From a virus, in the IMG/VR virus record IMGVR_UViG_3300032293_001631, positions 31,477 through 95,476 of that record: a DNA stretch of 64,000 nucleotides; one strand, 5' to 3'. The translations under genes and the position numbers were made by a program. The notes below the pieces were generated by a model, which had not been told where the DNA came from, ran no database searches, and saw only the letters and a program-made list of their open reading frames with translations. This document shows, in pieces, positions 1 through 11,800 of this stretch; position 1 is the first letter of the stretch, and the number at the start of each line of letters is the position of its first letter.

Positions 1-111
1 GCTGATGTATCGGGATTATTCAAGTTTTTCCTCGGATCAGCAGATCCAGTATACCCTATACCGGAGCTTCCTTCCGAATTAAAAAAAGCGACCAATATAA
101 AAAAATATTAA
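1..111 (+). CDS. 3' end of an upstream gene (partial)
   Basis: Frame 1 is open from base 1 (ADVSGLFKFFLGSADPVYPIPELPSELKKATNIKKY) to TAA at 109-111. Confidence 0.55.
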   Translation, partial: ADVSGLFKFFLGSADPVYPIPELPSELKKATNIKKY

Positions 112-167
112 TTTCTTGGAAATTTTAATCCAATTTTATACTAGAAAACAATACAAACCCAAATAAT

Positions 168-1277
168 ATGAAAAGCAAAAATTTTAGTTGTTTCGAGTAC
201 GAAGTTACTGAAAGAGAAAGATTACAATCAATGTATGACGGAACATTTCCTGAGGATGTTAGAAATATCTCAGGAAAAGATATACAAAATAATACCTCAG
301 AGAGGATTGTTATTACGTCTGTAGACGACGAAAAAGGTGTTGCCTTAGGTGAAACATCTTTTGGACAAACTATCATAATAGACACAAAGAAAGAGGAGAA
401 AAACATGAGGAAGCTAGGATATCCATCTATGGAGATATCTAGTGGACAGGTACTCGATGTTGTGATCCATAAAGATTCTGGAGGATCGTTCAACGGATCG
501 GTTTCTGCCGGATACGAAAAAGCACTTAAGAAGGAGCTACATAGATCTATCAAGGACGAGGATTGCGCATTTAAAGTTAGAGTGAAGAATGTTTGTAACG
601 GAGGATTCATGGTGGATCTTTCTGGAATAGAATGTTTCCTACCTGGTAGCTTAGCAGCTGCAAATAGAATAATGAACTTCGCTGATTATGTAGGCAAAGA
701 ATTAAACGTTATGGTTGAGGTCTATGACCAGAAAAGAGATATCTTCGTAGTTTCATTTAAAAAATACCTAAGGAAGATCATCGACAGAGAGGTTCAAAAT
801 CTATCGTTCTCTAGCAAGTATGAAGGGGTCGTTACTGGAGCTTCTAACGGAGGAGTTTTTGTTGAATGGGACGAGATCTATACAGGAATAATTCCTATGG
901 ACGACTCAAACAGAGAAACTCTTTCTTCTTATAGTGCTGGTGATGTTGTAGAATTTTATATCTTAGATATAAAGAATCCACAAAGAATATCCTTGTCTGT
1001 TACTCAGCCTAGCGAGAAAATGAAAAATATCCAAGAAATGAAGGATACTTCGTCTGAAGTTTTAGGGGAAAATACCGATTTGAAAATATATAAAGGAGAG
1101 ATTACTAAAATTAAAACCTTCGGTGTTTTTGTTAAAATGGAAAACGGATTAACTGGACTTATCGAAAAAGAAAGATTAGTAAACTCTATTAAAGAATATG
1201 AGGTTGGAAAATCGGTTGATTTTTCTATCTTGAGTGTAGATAGTTCTACTCTCAAAATACAATTAATAGAGAAATAA
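168..1277 (+). CDS. Ribosomal protein S1-like multi-S1-domain RNA-binding protein (short, about 4 domains)
   Basis: S1 repeats: GGFMVDLSGIECFLPGS...YVGKEL, YEGVVTGASNGGVFVEW, YKGEITKIKTFGVFVKMENGLTGLI...VGKSVDF; N-terminal ERLQSMYDGTF resembles the bS1 N-terminus. Confidence 0.85.
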   Translation: MKSKNFSCFEYEVTERERLQSMYDGTFPEDVRNISGKDIQNNTSERIVITSVDDEKGVALGETSFGQTIIIDTKKEEKNMRKLGYPSMEISSGQVLDVVIHKDSGGSFNGSVSAGYEKALKKELHRSIKDEDCAFKVRVKNVCNGGFMVDLSGIECFLPGSLAAANRIMNFADYVGKELNVMVEVYDQKRDIFVVSFKKYLRKIIDREVQNLSFSSKYEGVVTGASNGGVFVEWDEIYTGIIPMDDSNRETLSSYSAGDVVEFYILDIKNPQRISLSVTQPSEKMKNIQEMKDTSSEVLGENTDLKIYKGEITKIKTFGVFVKMENGLTGLIEKERLVNSIKEYEVGKSVDFSILSVDSSTLKIQLIEK

Positions 1278-1281
1278 AAAA

Positions 1282-2724
1282 TTGGCTAATTTACTTGGTA
1301 ATGATTTTTTCTATTCTGCTAAACTTGGTTTCGAATTTGAGTTTTATAGCAACTTAAATAGAAACGAAATAGCATATGACCTTGGCAAGGTCCTTGGAAA
1401 AAAAGTGCTAGTTTTTAAAAATTATCATTCCAACTTTAAACCAACTAAGGACATTTTTAAGTTAGAACCTGATTATTCGGGAGGCTCAAAAATGGTAGAA
1501 TTTATTACTGGACCGCTTCCCTATTTTGAAGCGGTCGTAATATTAATAAAAACCCTTAAGTGGATAGACGAGAATGGATATACTGATAAGAAATGTGCTT
1601 TCCAGTTCGGTGTTAGCATAGACACTTCGATTTATCCTGACGTTCCTCCTATGACCCAAATAAATATTCTTAAATTTATATTAGGGTTTGATGAGAATAT
1701 TATCTATAAAAGATTCCCAGATAGAATGGGATCTTTATACGCTAAGTCTATAAAAAGAATAGTGCCTTCTAATAAGTTTGTAGATCCCACTAACATATCT
1801 TTTATAGACAAGAATCTTTTTGACGTTCCTCTCGAAAAAAACATGGGAATTAATTTCTTAAAGGTTCCGGATGGATATTTTGAGGTTAGATATTTAGGAG
1901 GTAAGGATTATCAGAAAAAATATAATGCTATAAAGGATGTAATAGACTATATAGTAACTTATACTGTTGATGTCCTTAGATTCAATAACGGATTTACAGA
2001 GAATGATGTTAAGATTCTTAAATTATTTCTGAATGAGATATACAAGAATTCATCGACATTTATAGATCCTGAGACGTTTCAAAAGAATTATCCTCACTTA
2101 AATGTAATGGTTGATCTTAGATCTGATCCACAGATTTTAAGATCTTTCTTCCTTAATATAAGAGAGGTTCTTTACGATATAATAGTAGAGAATAATATAA
2201 AGGAAGGAATTATAAATTACGATAGTAATCTTGGTAAATTCCAGCTAAAAGATATTAAAACCCAAAGAGCTTACTTGTTGAAGGACTATGATATTTTAGA
2301 AAGCGAAATAGCTGGAAATGTTTTAAACTGTAGATTGTTTACTTGTAAACTTAACGATTGCACTATTGAAGAATGTGATTTGATAACGAATAATGAAATA
2401 AACAGATCTAAAATAATGGTTTCTGATATTTATTTCACAAACACAGTTCATGATAGTTATATTGATAACAAGGAGAAGGAAATAAACTGTGAAGTATTTG
2501 GTGGTATAATTAGATCTGGGTTTATTGGGAAACTTGCTACTATATCTCCAGAAACTGAAATAGTTAAAGAGGCTGAGGACGATAAGAAATTAAAAGGAAG
2601 TTCTAAAAAACAACAGTTCCCAAATAGAAACGAGGGTGAAGCTCTTTCTAAGCCAGTAAGATTTGGTGATAACAATTCTAAGCCATCAGGTATTCCTGGA
2701 ATAAACTTCAAATCAAATAATTAA
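1282..2724 (+). CDS. Putative amidoligase-fold (COOH-NH2 ligase) protein with C-terminal short-repeat region; possibly catalytically altered
   Basis: LGFEFEF, LEPDYS, VEFITGPL and YFEVRYLGG motifs; TTG start. Confidence 0.65.
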   Translation: MANLLGNDFFYSAKLGFEFEFYSNLNRNEIAYDLGKVLGKKVLVFKNYHSNFKPTKDIFKLEPDYSGGSKMVEFITGPLPYFEAVVILIKTLKWIDENGYTDKKCAFQFGVSIDTSIYPDVPPMTQINILKFILGFDENIIYKRFPDRMGSLYAKSIKRIVPSNKFVDPTNISFIDKNLFDVPLEKNMGINFLKVPDGYFEVRYLGGKDYQKKYNAIKDVIDYIVTYTVDVLRFNNGFTENDVKILKLFLNEIYKNSSTFIDPETFQKNYPHLNVMVDLRSDPQILRSFFLNIREVLYDIIVENNIKEGIINYDSNLGKFQLKDIKTQRAYLLKDYDILESEIAGNVLNCRLFTCKLNDCTIEECDLITNNEINRSKIMVSDIYFTNTVHDSYIDNKEKEINCEVFGGIIRSGFIGKLATISPETEIVKEAEDDKKLKGSSKKQQFPNRNEGEALSKPVRFGDNNSKPSGIPGINFKSNN

Positions 2725-2728
2725 TGTC

Positions 2729-3508
2729 ATGACTGAAGCAGATCTAATACAGGAAATAAAAGATGACATATCTCATTCTTGTGCATTACCTTACAATCTA
2801 AATGAGCAAGAGATAAAAAGGATCATTAAAAGAGCAAGAGCATACTTTTATGATAACTATCAATATGCAGTAGAAGATAGAATTTTTGTATTAGGGAGAG
2901 AGCTTTTTTCAACACCTGCTTTCAGAGCAACTAGACAAATACAAATGCCTCAGTGTGTGAGATCTATATACGAGGTAAGAGAGGTTAACGGAGGAGGATT
3001 GATCGGTACACCGGATAAAGATTTTGGTGACTCTAAACTTTTAGGATCTGAGCTTATGCTTTCTCCTTTTGTTGGGGATAACCTAGTTTATAGAACGGTT
3101 TTATATTCATTCTTCGATTTAGCAAAAGCTTATCTTTTGGAAACATATGCTTTTAATTATAACAAAAACACCAAAAGATTAACCATACTAGGTAGAGATC
3201 CTAATAGAACTTACCAAACAGACGGAGGAAGCTCCAGTACTCTTTTTACTGGTACCGATGTTGGTGTAAGAGCATACATTGATATACCGGAAGAAAATCT
3301 ATATGATGACGAACTATTTGTTAGATATTGTTTAGCAGAGGGTAAAATAAATATAGGTAGATTACTAGGTACATTCGAATACAATCTCCCTGGTGGTGTT
3401 AGAGTCAACTATAATAATATACAAACTATAGGATCCACAGAAAAACAGGAGATTATCCAGATGATAAAAGACGAGAATACTCCTTCATACTTCTTGCAGT
3501 GGAATTAA
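2729..3508 (+). CDS. Neck/head-completion protein, T4 gp13-like
   Basis: C-terminal YCLAEGKINIGRLL...NLPGGVRVNY matches the gp13 LPGGV signature; located next to baseplate genes. Confidence 0.75.
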   Translation: MTEADLIQEIKDDISHSCALPYNLNEQEIKRIIKRARAYFYDNYQYAVEDRIFVLGRELFSTPAFRATRQIQMPQCVRSIYEVREVNGGGLIGTPDKDFGDSKLLGSELMLSPFVGDNLVYRTVLYSFFDLAKAYLLETYAFNYNKNTKRLTILGRDPNRTYQTDGGSSSTLFTGTDVGVRAYIDIPEENLYDDELFVRYCLAEGKINIGRLLGTFEYNLPGGVRVNYNNIQTIGSTEKQEIIQMIKDENTPSYFLQWN

Positions 3509-3531
3509 TTTATTGTGTTATTAATTCTTGG

Positions 3532-3539
3532 AATATATA
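3532..3539 (+). promoter_or_regulatory. Late-type promoter motif variant (GAATATATAG) upstream of the baseplate operon
   Basis: Variant of the recurring intergenic GATATATA motif, 8 nt before ATG 3547. Confidence 0.55.
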
Positions 3540-3546
3540 GAGCAAG

Positions 3547-3918
3547 ATGGCAAGATTTTCTGAAATTTATCCAAGGAATCCTGATGATCCAAATTACAAG
3601 GAGGGTCTTTTACATACCGATGATGAGGTAGAAATCCTTATTGGTATGATTAAGAATTGTATGCTTTCTAGACCTGGTGAGGTTTTAGGAGATCCTTATT
3701 TTGGTATAGATCTAGAAGGGCTTATATTTGATCTTGGTGTAGACCAGAACACTTTAACTAGAGCTATAGATCTTCATCTCATGACGTATGTACCTATAGC
3801 TTATTCCCTTTTTAATGTTGAATTCAAAATCGGATTTTTTCAGGGTGATACTAGAGATGCTTGCGTTATCGATTTTGCAATAAAGGGTAACCCTATATTA
3901 GGAATTAAAATATTATAA
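3547..3918 (+). CDS. Baseplate wedge protein, gp25/GPW-like
   Basis: MLSRPGEVLGDPYFGIDLEGLIFD motif typical of the gp25 family; 123 aa. Confidence 0.8.
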   Translation: MARFSEIYPRNPDDPNYKEGLLHTDDEVEILIGMIKNCMLSRPGEVLGDPYFGIDLEGLIFDLGVDQNTLTRAIDLHLMTYVPIAYSLFNVEFKIGFFQGDTRDACVIDFAIKGNPILGIKIL

Positions 3919-3919
3919 A

Positions 3920-5617
3920 ATGGATTTATTATCAAAAAATCGGGCAAAGATATCTGACTTATTAACACAGACTTTTGAGTTAATACAGGCAAGATATGGA
4001 ATGTCTAATCAGCTATTTACCGTAGCTTCGGTGTGGGGACAAATAATATTTGTTTTAGATAACCTTTCCCAATTTATCTTATTCTTCATTGAGGATTCAA
4101 TAACTGAATTAAACATAAACACAGCTACCAGAGAATCGTCTATATATGGATTGGCAGCTTTAACTGGGCACAATCCAACTAGAGCAATATCAGCTAAAGG
4201 AGAGGTTATTATAAAATGGAACGGTAAAGGATTTGAAGATATTGGAGGAAGCGCGGTTCTTATTCCTAAAAACTCCGAGATCAAATGTGTAAATAATGGT
4301 AAAACATATCTGCTTAAATTTCCACAAGAATACACAAGACTAAATCTAGATAGCACATCAAATTTAGCATGTTCTGTAGTAGAAGGAACGCTAAATGTAA
4401 ATCAATATACCGGGAATGGTGGGAAACTCCAAAGCTATAATATCTCTTCAAGAGGAACTTCGAGTATAGAAAACTTTGAAGTTTATGTTAAAGTTAACGG
4501 TGTTGAATGGAAACAATACGATTCTCTCTATGATATTCCTAGGAACGGATTAGGGTACATAGTAAAAAGTTCCATAATATCTGGTATAGATATATTTTTT
4601 GGAACGGGTGACTTTGGGTTACCTCCATCGTCTGGATCTATAATAGAAGTTACCTACCTAGAATCTGCTGGTGCTTCTGGTAATATAGTTGTAGACGACT
4701 CTGCACAGGTTATATTTAGATTTGATTCTGAGGGAACAGATCTTTTTGGCAATACAGTAACTCTTGCAGATGTTCTTCAAATTTCTTGTACTATTGCTCC
4801 ACAACTTGGAGCTGGACAGGAGCCAGTAGATCTAACAAGACTAATAGCTCCTAAGACATCAAGAAGTTTTGTTTTAGCAAATCCTACTAACTACATAACT
4901 TTCTTTGAAAAGTTTGGGCAATTTTCCATAATAGAAGCCTTTACAACTTTTGACGATCAGTACATAGATGACGATAATATTATTTACTTGATACTTGTAC
5001 CAGATATACAATTGACTTTAAAAAGCAACGAAACGTATTTTGATATACCGGTTTCCAGATTTAAATTAACTCAACCACAAAGAGATAGAATAAATCAATT
5101 ATTAGATGAGAGCGGACAGAAAATAGTTACCACTGAGGTAAGAATATTAGATCCTGTCATTAAAAAATATGTTGTTAACATCTCAATAAGTATATTCGAG
5201 GGGAATGATCCTGATACTGTAAAGTCACAGATAGTAAATACAATGAGCGATTACTTTTTGAATATCAGAAGAAGAGATAAGATCCCGAGATCGGATTTAA
5301 TCGCTGCGGTAGAAGAAATAGAAGGGGTGGATTCGGTTTCACTTTATTTTGTTGGTGAAGAAAACGAAGCTGCTAAGGCACAAAATCCAAATTCACCAGA
5401 GATTGGCTTTGATGAATTTGGTGATATAGTTATGAGTAAGGACGAGATAGTTATTATATCCGGAGGATGGGAAGATAGAAACGGGATCTTTTACGATCTT
5501 GGAGCTGGTATGAATACCCTGTCATCTATAAATATAGATATTAGATCTATTGTTCCTTTCACTTATAACTCGAGAGTTAATAATATATTAAAGAGCTCGT
5601 TAAAAACAGGAAACTAA
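3920..5617 (+). CDS. Baseplate wedge subunit, T4 gp6-like
   Basis: ATRESSIYGLAALTGHNPTRAISA and FFGTGDFGLPPSSGSIIEVTYLESAGASGN match gp6/baseplate J motifs; follows gp25. Confidence 0.8.
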   Translation: MDLLSKNRAKISDLLTQTFELIQARYGMSNQLFTVASVWGQIIFVLDNLSQFILFFIEDSITELNINTATRESSIYGLAALTGHNPTRAISAKGEVIIKWNGKGFEDIGGSAVLIPKNSEIKCVNNGKTYLLKFPQEYTRLNLDSTSNLACSVVEGTLNVNQYTGNGGKLQSYNISSRGTSSIENFEVYVKVNGVEWKQYDSLYDIPRNGLGYIVKSSIISGIDIFFGTGDFGLPPSSGSIIEVTYLESAGASGNIVVDDSAQVIFRFDSEGTDLFGNTVTLADVLQISCTIAPQLGAGQEPVDLTRLIAPKTSRSFVLANPTNYITFFEKFGQFSIIEAFTTFDDQYIDDDNIIYLILVPDIQLTLKSNETYFDIPVSRFKLTQPQRDRINQLLDESGQKIVTTEVRILDPVIKKYVVNISISIFEGNDPDTVKSQIVNTMSDYFLNIRRRDKIPRSDLIAAVEEIEGVDSVSLYFVGEENEAAKAQNPNSPEIGFDEFGDIVMSKDEIVIISGGWEDRNGIFYDLGAGMNTLSSINIDIRSIVPFTYNSRVNNILKSSLKTGN

Positions 5618-5618
5618 A

Positions 5619-5864
5619 ATGGAAAAGAAAAGCTGGTTTGAATTTATAAACTCTCAGAACGATGTTAGATCTAATGTTGGTTTTGATTACGAAGGAAAAA
5701 TATTCCAAAAGACATTGTCTAATCCTGTATTAAATGGTGATAATAATAGATTGGTAATATTAGCAAGTATAGAGAAAGTTGTTTATTCCCTGTTTGAAAC
5801 TACTAAGTATATAAAGAACTATTTTAATTATACTGTTCCTAAAAATAACAAATACGTAAGATAG
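5619..5864 (+). CDS. Small hypothetical baseplate-region protein
   Basis: 81-aa ORF packed 1 nt from the genes on each side. Confidence 0.7.
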   Translation: MEKKSWFEFINSQNDVRSNVGFDYEGKIFQKTLSNPVLNGDNNRLVILASIEKVVYSLFETTKYIKNYFNYTVPKNNKYVR

Positions 5865-5865
5865 A

Positions 5866-8800
5866 ATGGCTTTTGAAAATCTTTTATTCTTTAATAAAAA
5901 AGGGGACCAATATAATTTTAAATGGAATGGTGAATATTGGGAGGGATCGGTTCTATTTGAGGTAGTATCCGAAAAACTTTTTGAGATTGAACACATATTC
6001 GTAATTGAAAAATTTCTAAACCCATCTTCTGAAATAAAATATGGATTTCCACACTCTTATGGAGTTAGCCCGGGTGCTCCTGTTTGGAGAACTAGATGGG
6101 TTTCCAATTACGATGGAAGGACCAACGTAGAATCCATAATTTATACATACGAGCTTGGTGTTGATGGAAATCTGGATGCTCCTATACTCGTTAAGTCTAA
6201 TAATATTGAGTTTTATCCTGAGGTTGTAAGTGGCGATACTATTTCATCTCCTGGTGGAATAGTTATCAGTAACGATATCAATCCATCTTCAATGCAAATC
6301 AATATTGCATTAAACTCTAACACTGAAGGGATATATGACAGAACTTTAATATTAGAAGACTATACTGATCCTAATAATCCGGTAACTATAATGTCTATTA
6401 ACTTCCACGGTGAAGTAGAAGGCGAAGATAGTAGATTGTCTGTTATTCTAGGTAACTTTGGTAGATCATTTAATCCGGATGACGCTTTTATAGTAAGAGA
6501 AAGTGATATAAAGGAAGAATTTCCAGATTATGAGATAATAAACAAGAAAAGAAAGGAGTTACTTCTCACTGGGGAAAGTATATTCCCGTATTTAGGTTCA
6601 TATAAGTCTCTTTTCAATGCAATAAAATTCTTTGGATACTATGATCTTAGAGTAAAAGAATATTGGCTAAATATAAAAAAAGATGATGCTGATACATTAA
6701 CACCTTTACAGCAAAATCAAAAGATTTTAGATCAGCTATCACAGCCAAACTTAGAGGGCCAAAGTAAATTGGAACTGATAAGTAGTTTAATAAAAGACGA
6801 GAACGAGGGAAAATACAAGCAAGTAGAGATATACGGTAAAAAGAAGGACGGTACATTCGGACTAAAAAAACAGCTGGATAAAATATTCCCTTCTAAATCT
6901 TATAAGAAAACCGCTTTATTTGGTCTTTTCTATGATATTAACAGAGTAGTAGAGGATCAAGATGAGGATCAATACGGATACCCAATAGTTGAAGATAGCT
7001 TCTTGTTTAGTCCAGAGGAAGTACTTATAAAGCTATTCGGACTAAAAGAAAGATTAAAAAGAGATTACCTTCCATTAAATGCCAGGATTATTGATATAAC
7101 CGGAGAGGGTGTTTATTTTAATATTTATAAAACAAGAGGCTGGACAGATTCTGTAGACATAAGTGAAATTAAAGGCGGTATAGAGGTTGACTTTACTGTT
7201 TTCCCTAATGAAGGTTACATAGAGGATTTAAGACCTTTTTATACAAAGCCAAATCAATCGGGCCTTTTATATCCTGCAGTAAATGGAACTGAGGCGGGCA
7301 TAAGTCTTTATGGTAATACTGTAGATCCTTATTCGTTCTTCCAGAAATATCCTAAATCAGCAATACCAGCATTAGAAACTGCAGTAAGAAGCTTTTATGA
7401 TGATGTTAAATCTGGAGAAATGCCTAAGTTTCTTGGAGATGGGGATTACGATCCGCCAGGGTATAAACTATTTTCTGATAGCAGTGACTATGTTTTTCCT
7501 GCTGGGTGTCCTATCATAATAACGAATAATACCTTTGATCTCTCTTGGGAAGAAATAAGTGGTAGCTGGACATCTTTCGATACAACAATAACCCTAACTG
7601 ATTTAGATATAGCTAGTTACACTAGTACAGCTTCACAAAATCCAGGAGGACCTTTACAAAATGCCTATAGTACTGACACATTTACATTGCCTGATACTTT
7701 TCCTAGCAATACAACAATTAATATAGGAACAGGAAAGGATTGGTTTTCTACCACATCTCCAGAGGTTATATTTGTAAGAGTGGAATCAGTGGACTCTCCT
7801 GGTAATTTAGTTTTAGGATACTGTAGTTCTGGAGATTATAATACACTAACCGGAGATCTTTATATTGAATTCGTATACACAAGGGGATCTGGAGAATATT
7901 CAAATTGGAAGGTCAGTCCGACGAATATTAAATTCAGTTCTTATGTTTTTGATTACTATCAGAATTTTGTACACTCTAACGGATTTTATTCTTGGGACAG
8001 AATACCATATTTGGATTTCTATGAAATAGAATGGACAATATACAAGGATGATGACGATAAGCCTTATTATTTCCAGATAACTGGTGATTTACCGGGATTG
8101 GATACTCTCGTACATTTTTTACCATATGACGGGGAGTACAATGTTAAATGTAGAGTTTGGGACACATTAAATTCTATATCTCTGGGTATAAAAAGAGGGA
8201 TAGTAAAAGTAGATAAGAGGGGAATAGAACTAAATACGATTACTAGATTTAGAGAATCCGAAATCTATAACTGGGACAATATGCCTCTTAAATGGGATAG
8301 CTATTTTTCTCAATGGATTTTCCCAGTAGAGAACACAAGTAACTTATTAGATATTTCACAATTTATACAGAACTATCCTGAATACTCTAATAACTTTAAT
8401 GAGGGTCAACAATGCGAGGTGTTAACTAAATTACCTGAAGTTAAAGCCACCGCAACTTTCGATATAGGTGCGGATGAAATAGGTATATCTAGTATTGTTA
8501 GCTCTTATAACGGAAGTGGATATGATTTAGCTACTGTTACTACTTTAACTCCTCATGGGTATTCATCAGGATCAACTGTTTGGATATACGATGCAGCCGG
8601 CGCTCCTTATGGACAATACCCTATAACAGTTACTGGAAGCAACACATTTGAGATCCCTGACATAATTATTACTCCTATAAGCGGTGGGAATGTTTATGGA
8701 TCGGGTACAATAAATATAATAATTGATTCCGTTCAGGTAGCGTCTTGTAATTTTCAGGGTGATTTAAATTCAACGACATCTTTACTGTATAGTATCATAA

Positions 8801-11800
8801 ATGCTTCTCCAATAAATCCAAAGTATAAAGTTGTATCCTTAGTTGATTCAGTTATTCCTGGATACAAGACTTTTACTATACAAGCGCCAAACAACTCCGG
8901 TTCTTTATGGAACGGTAAGTCAGTTATAATACAGGTAACCGGATCAATACTAGCATCTCCTATATCTACTAGCTTCTCTGGTGGTGTTAACGAAACAGAA
9001 TCTTACGTTCCTTATGACTTCGTTACTATCCCTAAAAAGGAAATGAAGTACTGGGGTACTAAAAGGTTATCATGGGAAACTTTTGAAGATTTTGCTTTTG
9101 AAAAAGCTTATGCTCATACATGGGATATGTACGACTACCATAATGATTGGCTAGGTGGGTTCGATTTATATTCACTACAATATGGTGATAGGATTAGAGT
9201 TACTAGTGATTCTTCTGGAATAATATTAACTGAAACAGATTCGCCGAATAATAATTATTTAGATTTAGAGGAAGCAGCAGACCAATTAAACAATTCTGGT
9301 GATGTAAACATTGATAGGTTTGATTACACTGTAAGAGGATTCTCAGCTCTTCCTAATAATTTCTATATAAATAGTAATCCAATCTCTCCTGATCTTAGTA
9401 CAAATCCAGGACCTAAGAATATAACTTCTAAATTTTTCAAGATTCCAACATATTCACCTGTTCTTTTCGAGCCAACAGGATTAGCTTGGGATGCTGATGG
9501 AGATATATGGGTAACTGGGGAGGATGTTATAAAATTTGATGGATTAAATTACACCACTTATGACTCTACTAACAGTGTAATGCCTGGTGTATCTATTTTA
9601 ACAAATTGTATAAAAATTGATAGGAACGATGTTAAATGGATCGGTGTAGAAAACAGTTTAACACCTCTGGTTAAAATAGACGATAGAGATCCTTCTAACA
9701 GCTTAGCTTATTCCGTAAGTGATTTCGTAGACAATGGAGGAAACCCAGTTAGTCCTATAACTGCTTCAAGTATAAATGCGATAGAAATAAATCCACAGAG
9801 CGGAGATATATTTGCAGCATTTACTTGTAACTCATCGCCTTCTTTTGACGGTCTTTTATTTTATGATTCTCATGCTAATTCTTGGGGACTTTATACAACA
9901 GCCAATTCTGATATTCCTTCAGATAATATTAGGGATCTTAGATTAGAATACTATGGAATAAATAAATGGTATTTGTGGATAGCCACAGACAATGGACTAT
10001 CAAGATTTAACGGCGTTAATTTTAAAAATTATAACGATGGAAATTCGGGACTACCTGATAATGATGTTTATTCGATTGAGCTTGATAAATTAGATCACAA
10101 ATGGATAGGAACTGGATCTTCATTAGTTTATTGGGATAATACAAGATGGGCAGTATGGAACAATGGAACTAATCCAGAGATATCAACTGGAAAGTTCGGT
10201 AATATCGTAGAGACTGGTAATGCTAACATATGGTTTACAATAGATCAGGGATCTTCTCCAGGAAATGCGGAGCTATATTTCTTTGATGGATATTTCTTTA
10301 CTAAAGTTTTATACAGGAACGATGGAATTTCTTTAATAAATCCTTGTAATGTACTACACGGTAAAACACTTCTTTCTGCTCCATGGAAAACAATTAAAAA
10401 TGGAGAAACTACATATCCTAGAAATTTGATATTCCTGACAGAGGACGGCGAGATAGGAAAGCTTGACTATATTATACCTCATGTACATGCAAGTTCTAAA
10501 ATATCTGATGTACAGGGGTGGGATTTCGTTTATCATGAATCTTCTACACCTCTTCCTTCCATAGAGTATATTTATAACAGCGCTATAGGCAACTCACAGT
10601 TAGGATTTAGCTTTGTAGTAGGACCTTTTAATGACAATATAACACTAAACTCTGATTACACTAGACCAGTGATGCCTAATGTCGATAGATATTCATGGTA
10701 TAAGCCCGTTTGGCAGCGTTATAACATCGATCGTCTGAAAGACCAGTTTCCATCTTTGAATCTGGATCATGTCTTCTTATACGCGCCCTTACGAGATATT
10801 ATAGAGGGTAAAGCAACGAAAGAACCTTACTGGAAAAATTCACAAATAGAAAGGATAGCTCAGAAAAAATCTAGGGATCTTTTCGAGAATTTTGAATGGG
10901 TTATAACTCTAGGAAATAGCGACCCAGATCAGGGGGTTAAGGTCACAGTAGATAATGAAGGGGATATTATTGCTATCGGAGATTTCAATGGTACTATATT
11001 CATGGGAGAGGTAAACAATATAGGTACTCAAGACGTTTATTTAACAACATTAGACCAGGGTGTTTATATAGCAAAATATAACAAAGGCGGTGTATTACAA
11101 TGGGCAAGATCAATTGACTCAACATCTCCACAAGGTCCTATATTCGGAAGATCTGTTGTAACAGATGAAGGCGGGAACATTTACGTAGTTTGTGATAACA
11201 ATCTAACAGGATTTATAGAAATAAACAAATACAATTCTGGAGGAGATCTTCTAAATATAATAAACATACCAGTTACACCTTCCCAATTTTTGGGTGATAT
11301 TAAAGTAGACAAATATGAAAATGTCTATATATGTGGCGGATTTGAAGGAACACTTAATCTTGGTATTTATACATTAACATCATCTGGACAAGATTCTGGA
11401 TTCGTTGCTAAACTAGATTCCACTTTAAATTTTGTTTGGGCTAAGCAATTAACAGATGGAACTTATTCCAAAGCTAATGAAATAGCTATATTAAAAGAGG
11501 AATATCTTTATTTAACGGGTGTTTTTGAAACTGAGATAAATCTAGATCCTATCCAGCTATCTGGTGTTGGTAATCCGGATATGTTTGTAGCTAAAATTTA
11601 CACGGGAGATGGAACATGTCTATGGGCAGATAGCTTTGCTTATAACGCATCTACATCATTTACAGATACTTCAATTTGTGTAGATCCTAAAGGACATGTT
11701 TTAATAACTGGATCATTCCAAGGTACTATAGAAATAGAGGATAAACAGCTTTCATCATTCCCTGGAGTAAATGATATATTCCTGATAAAACTTCTGTCTA

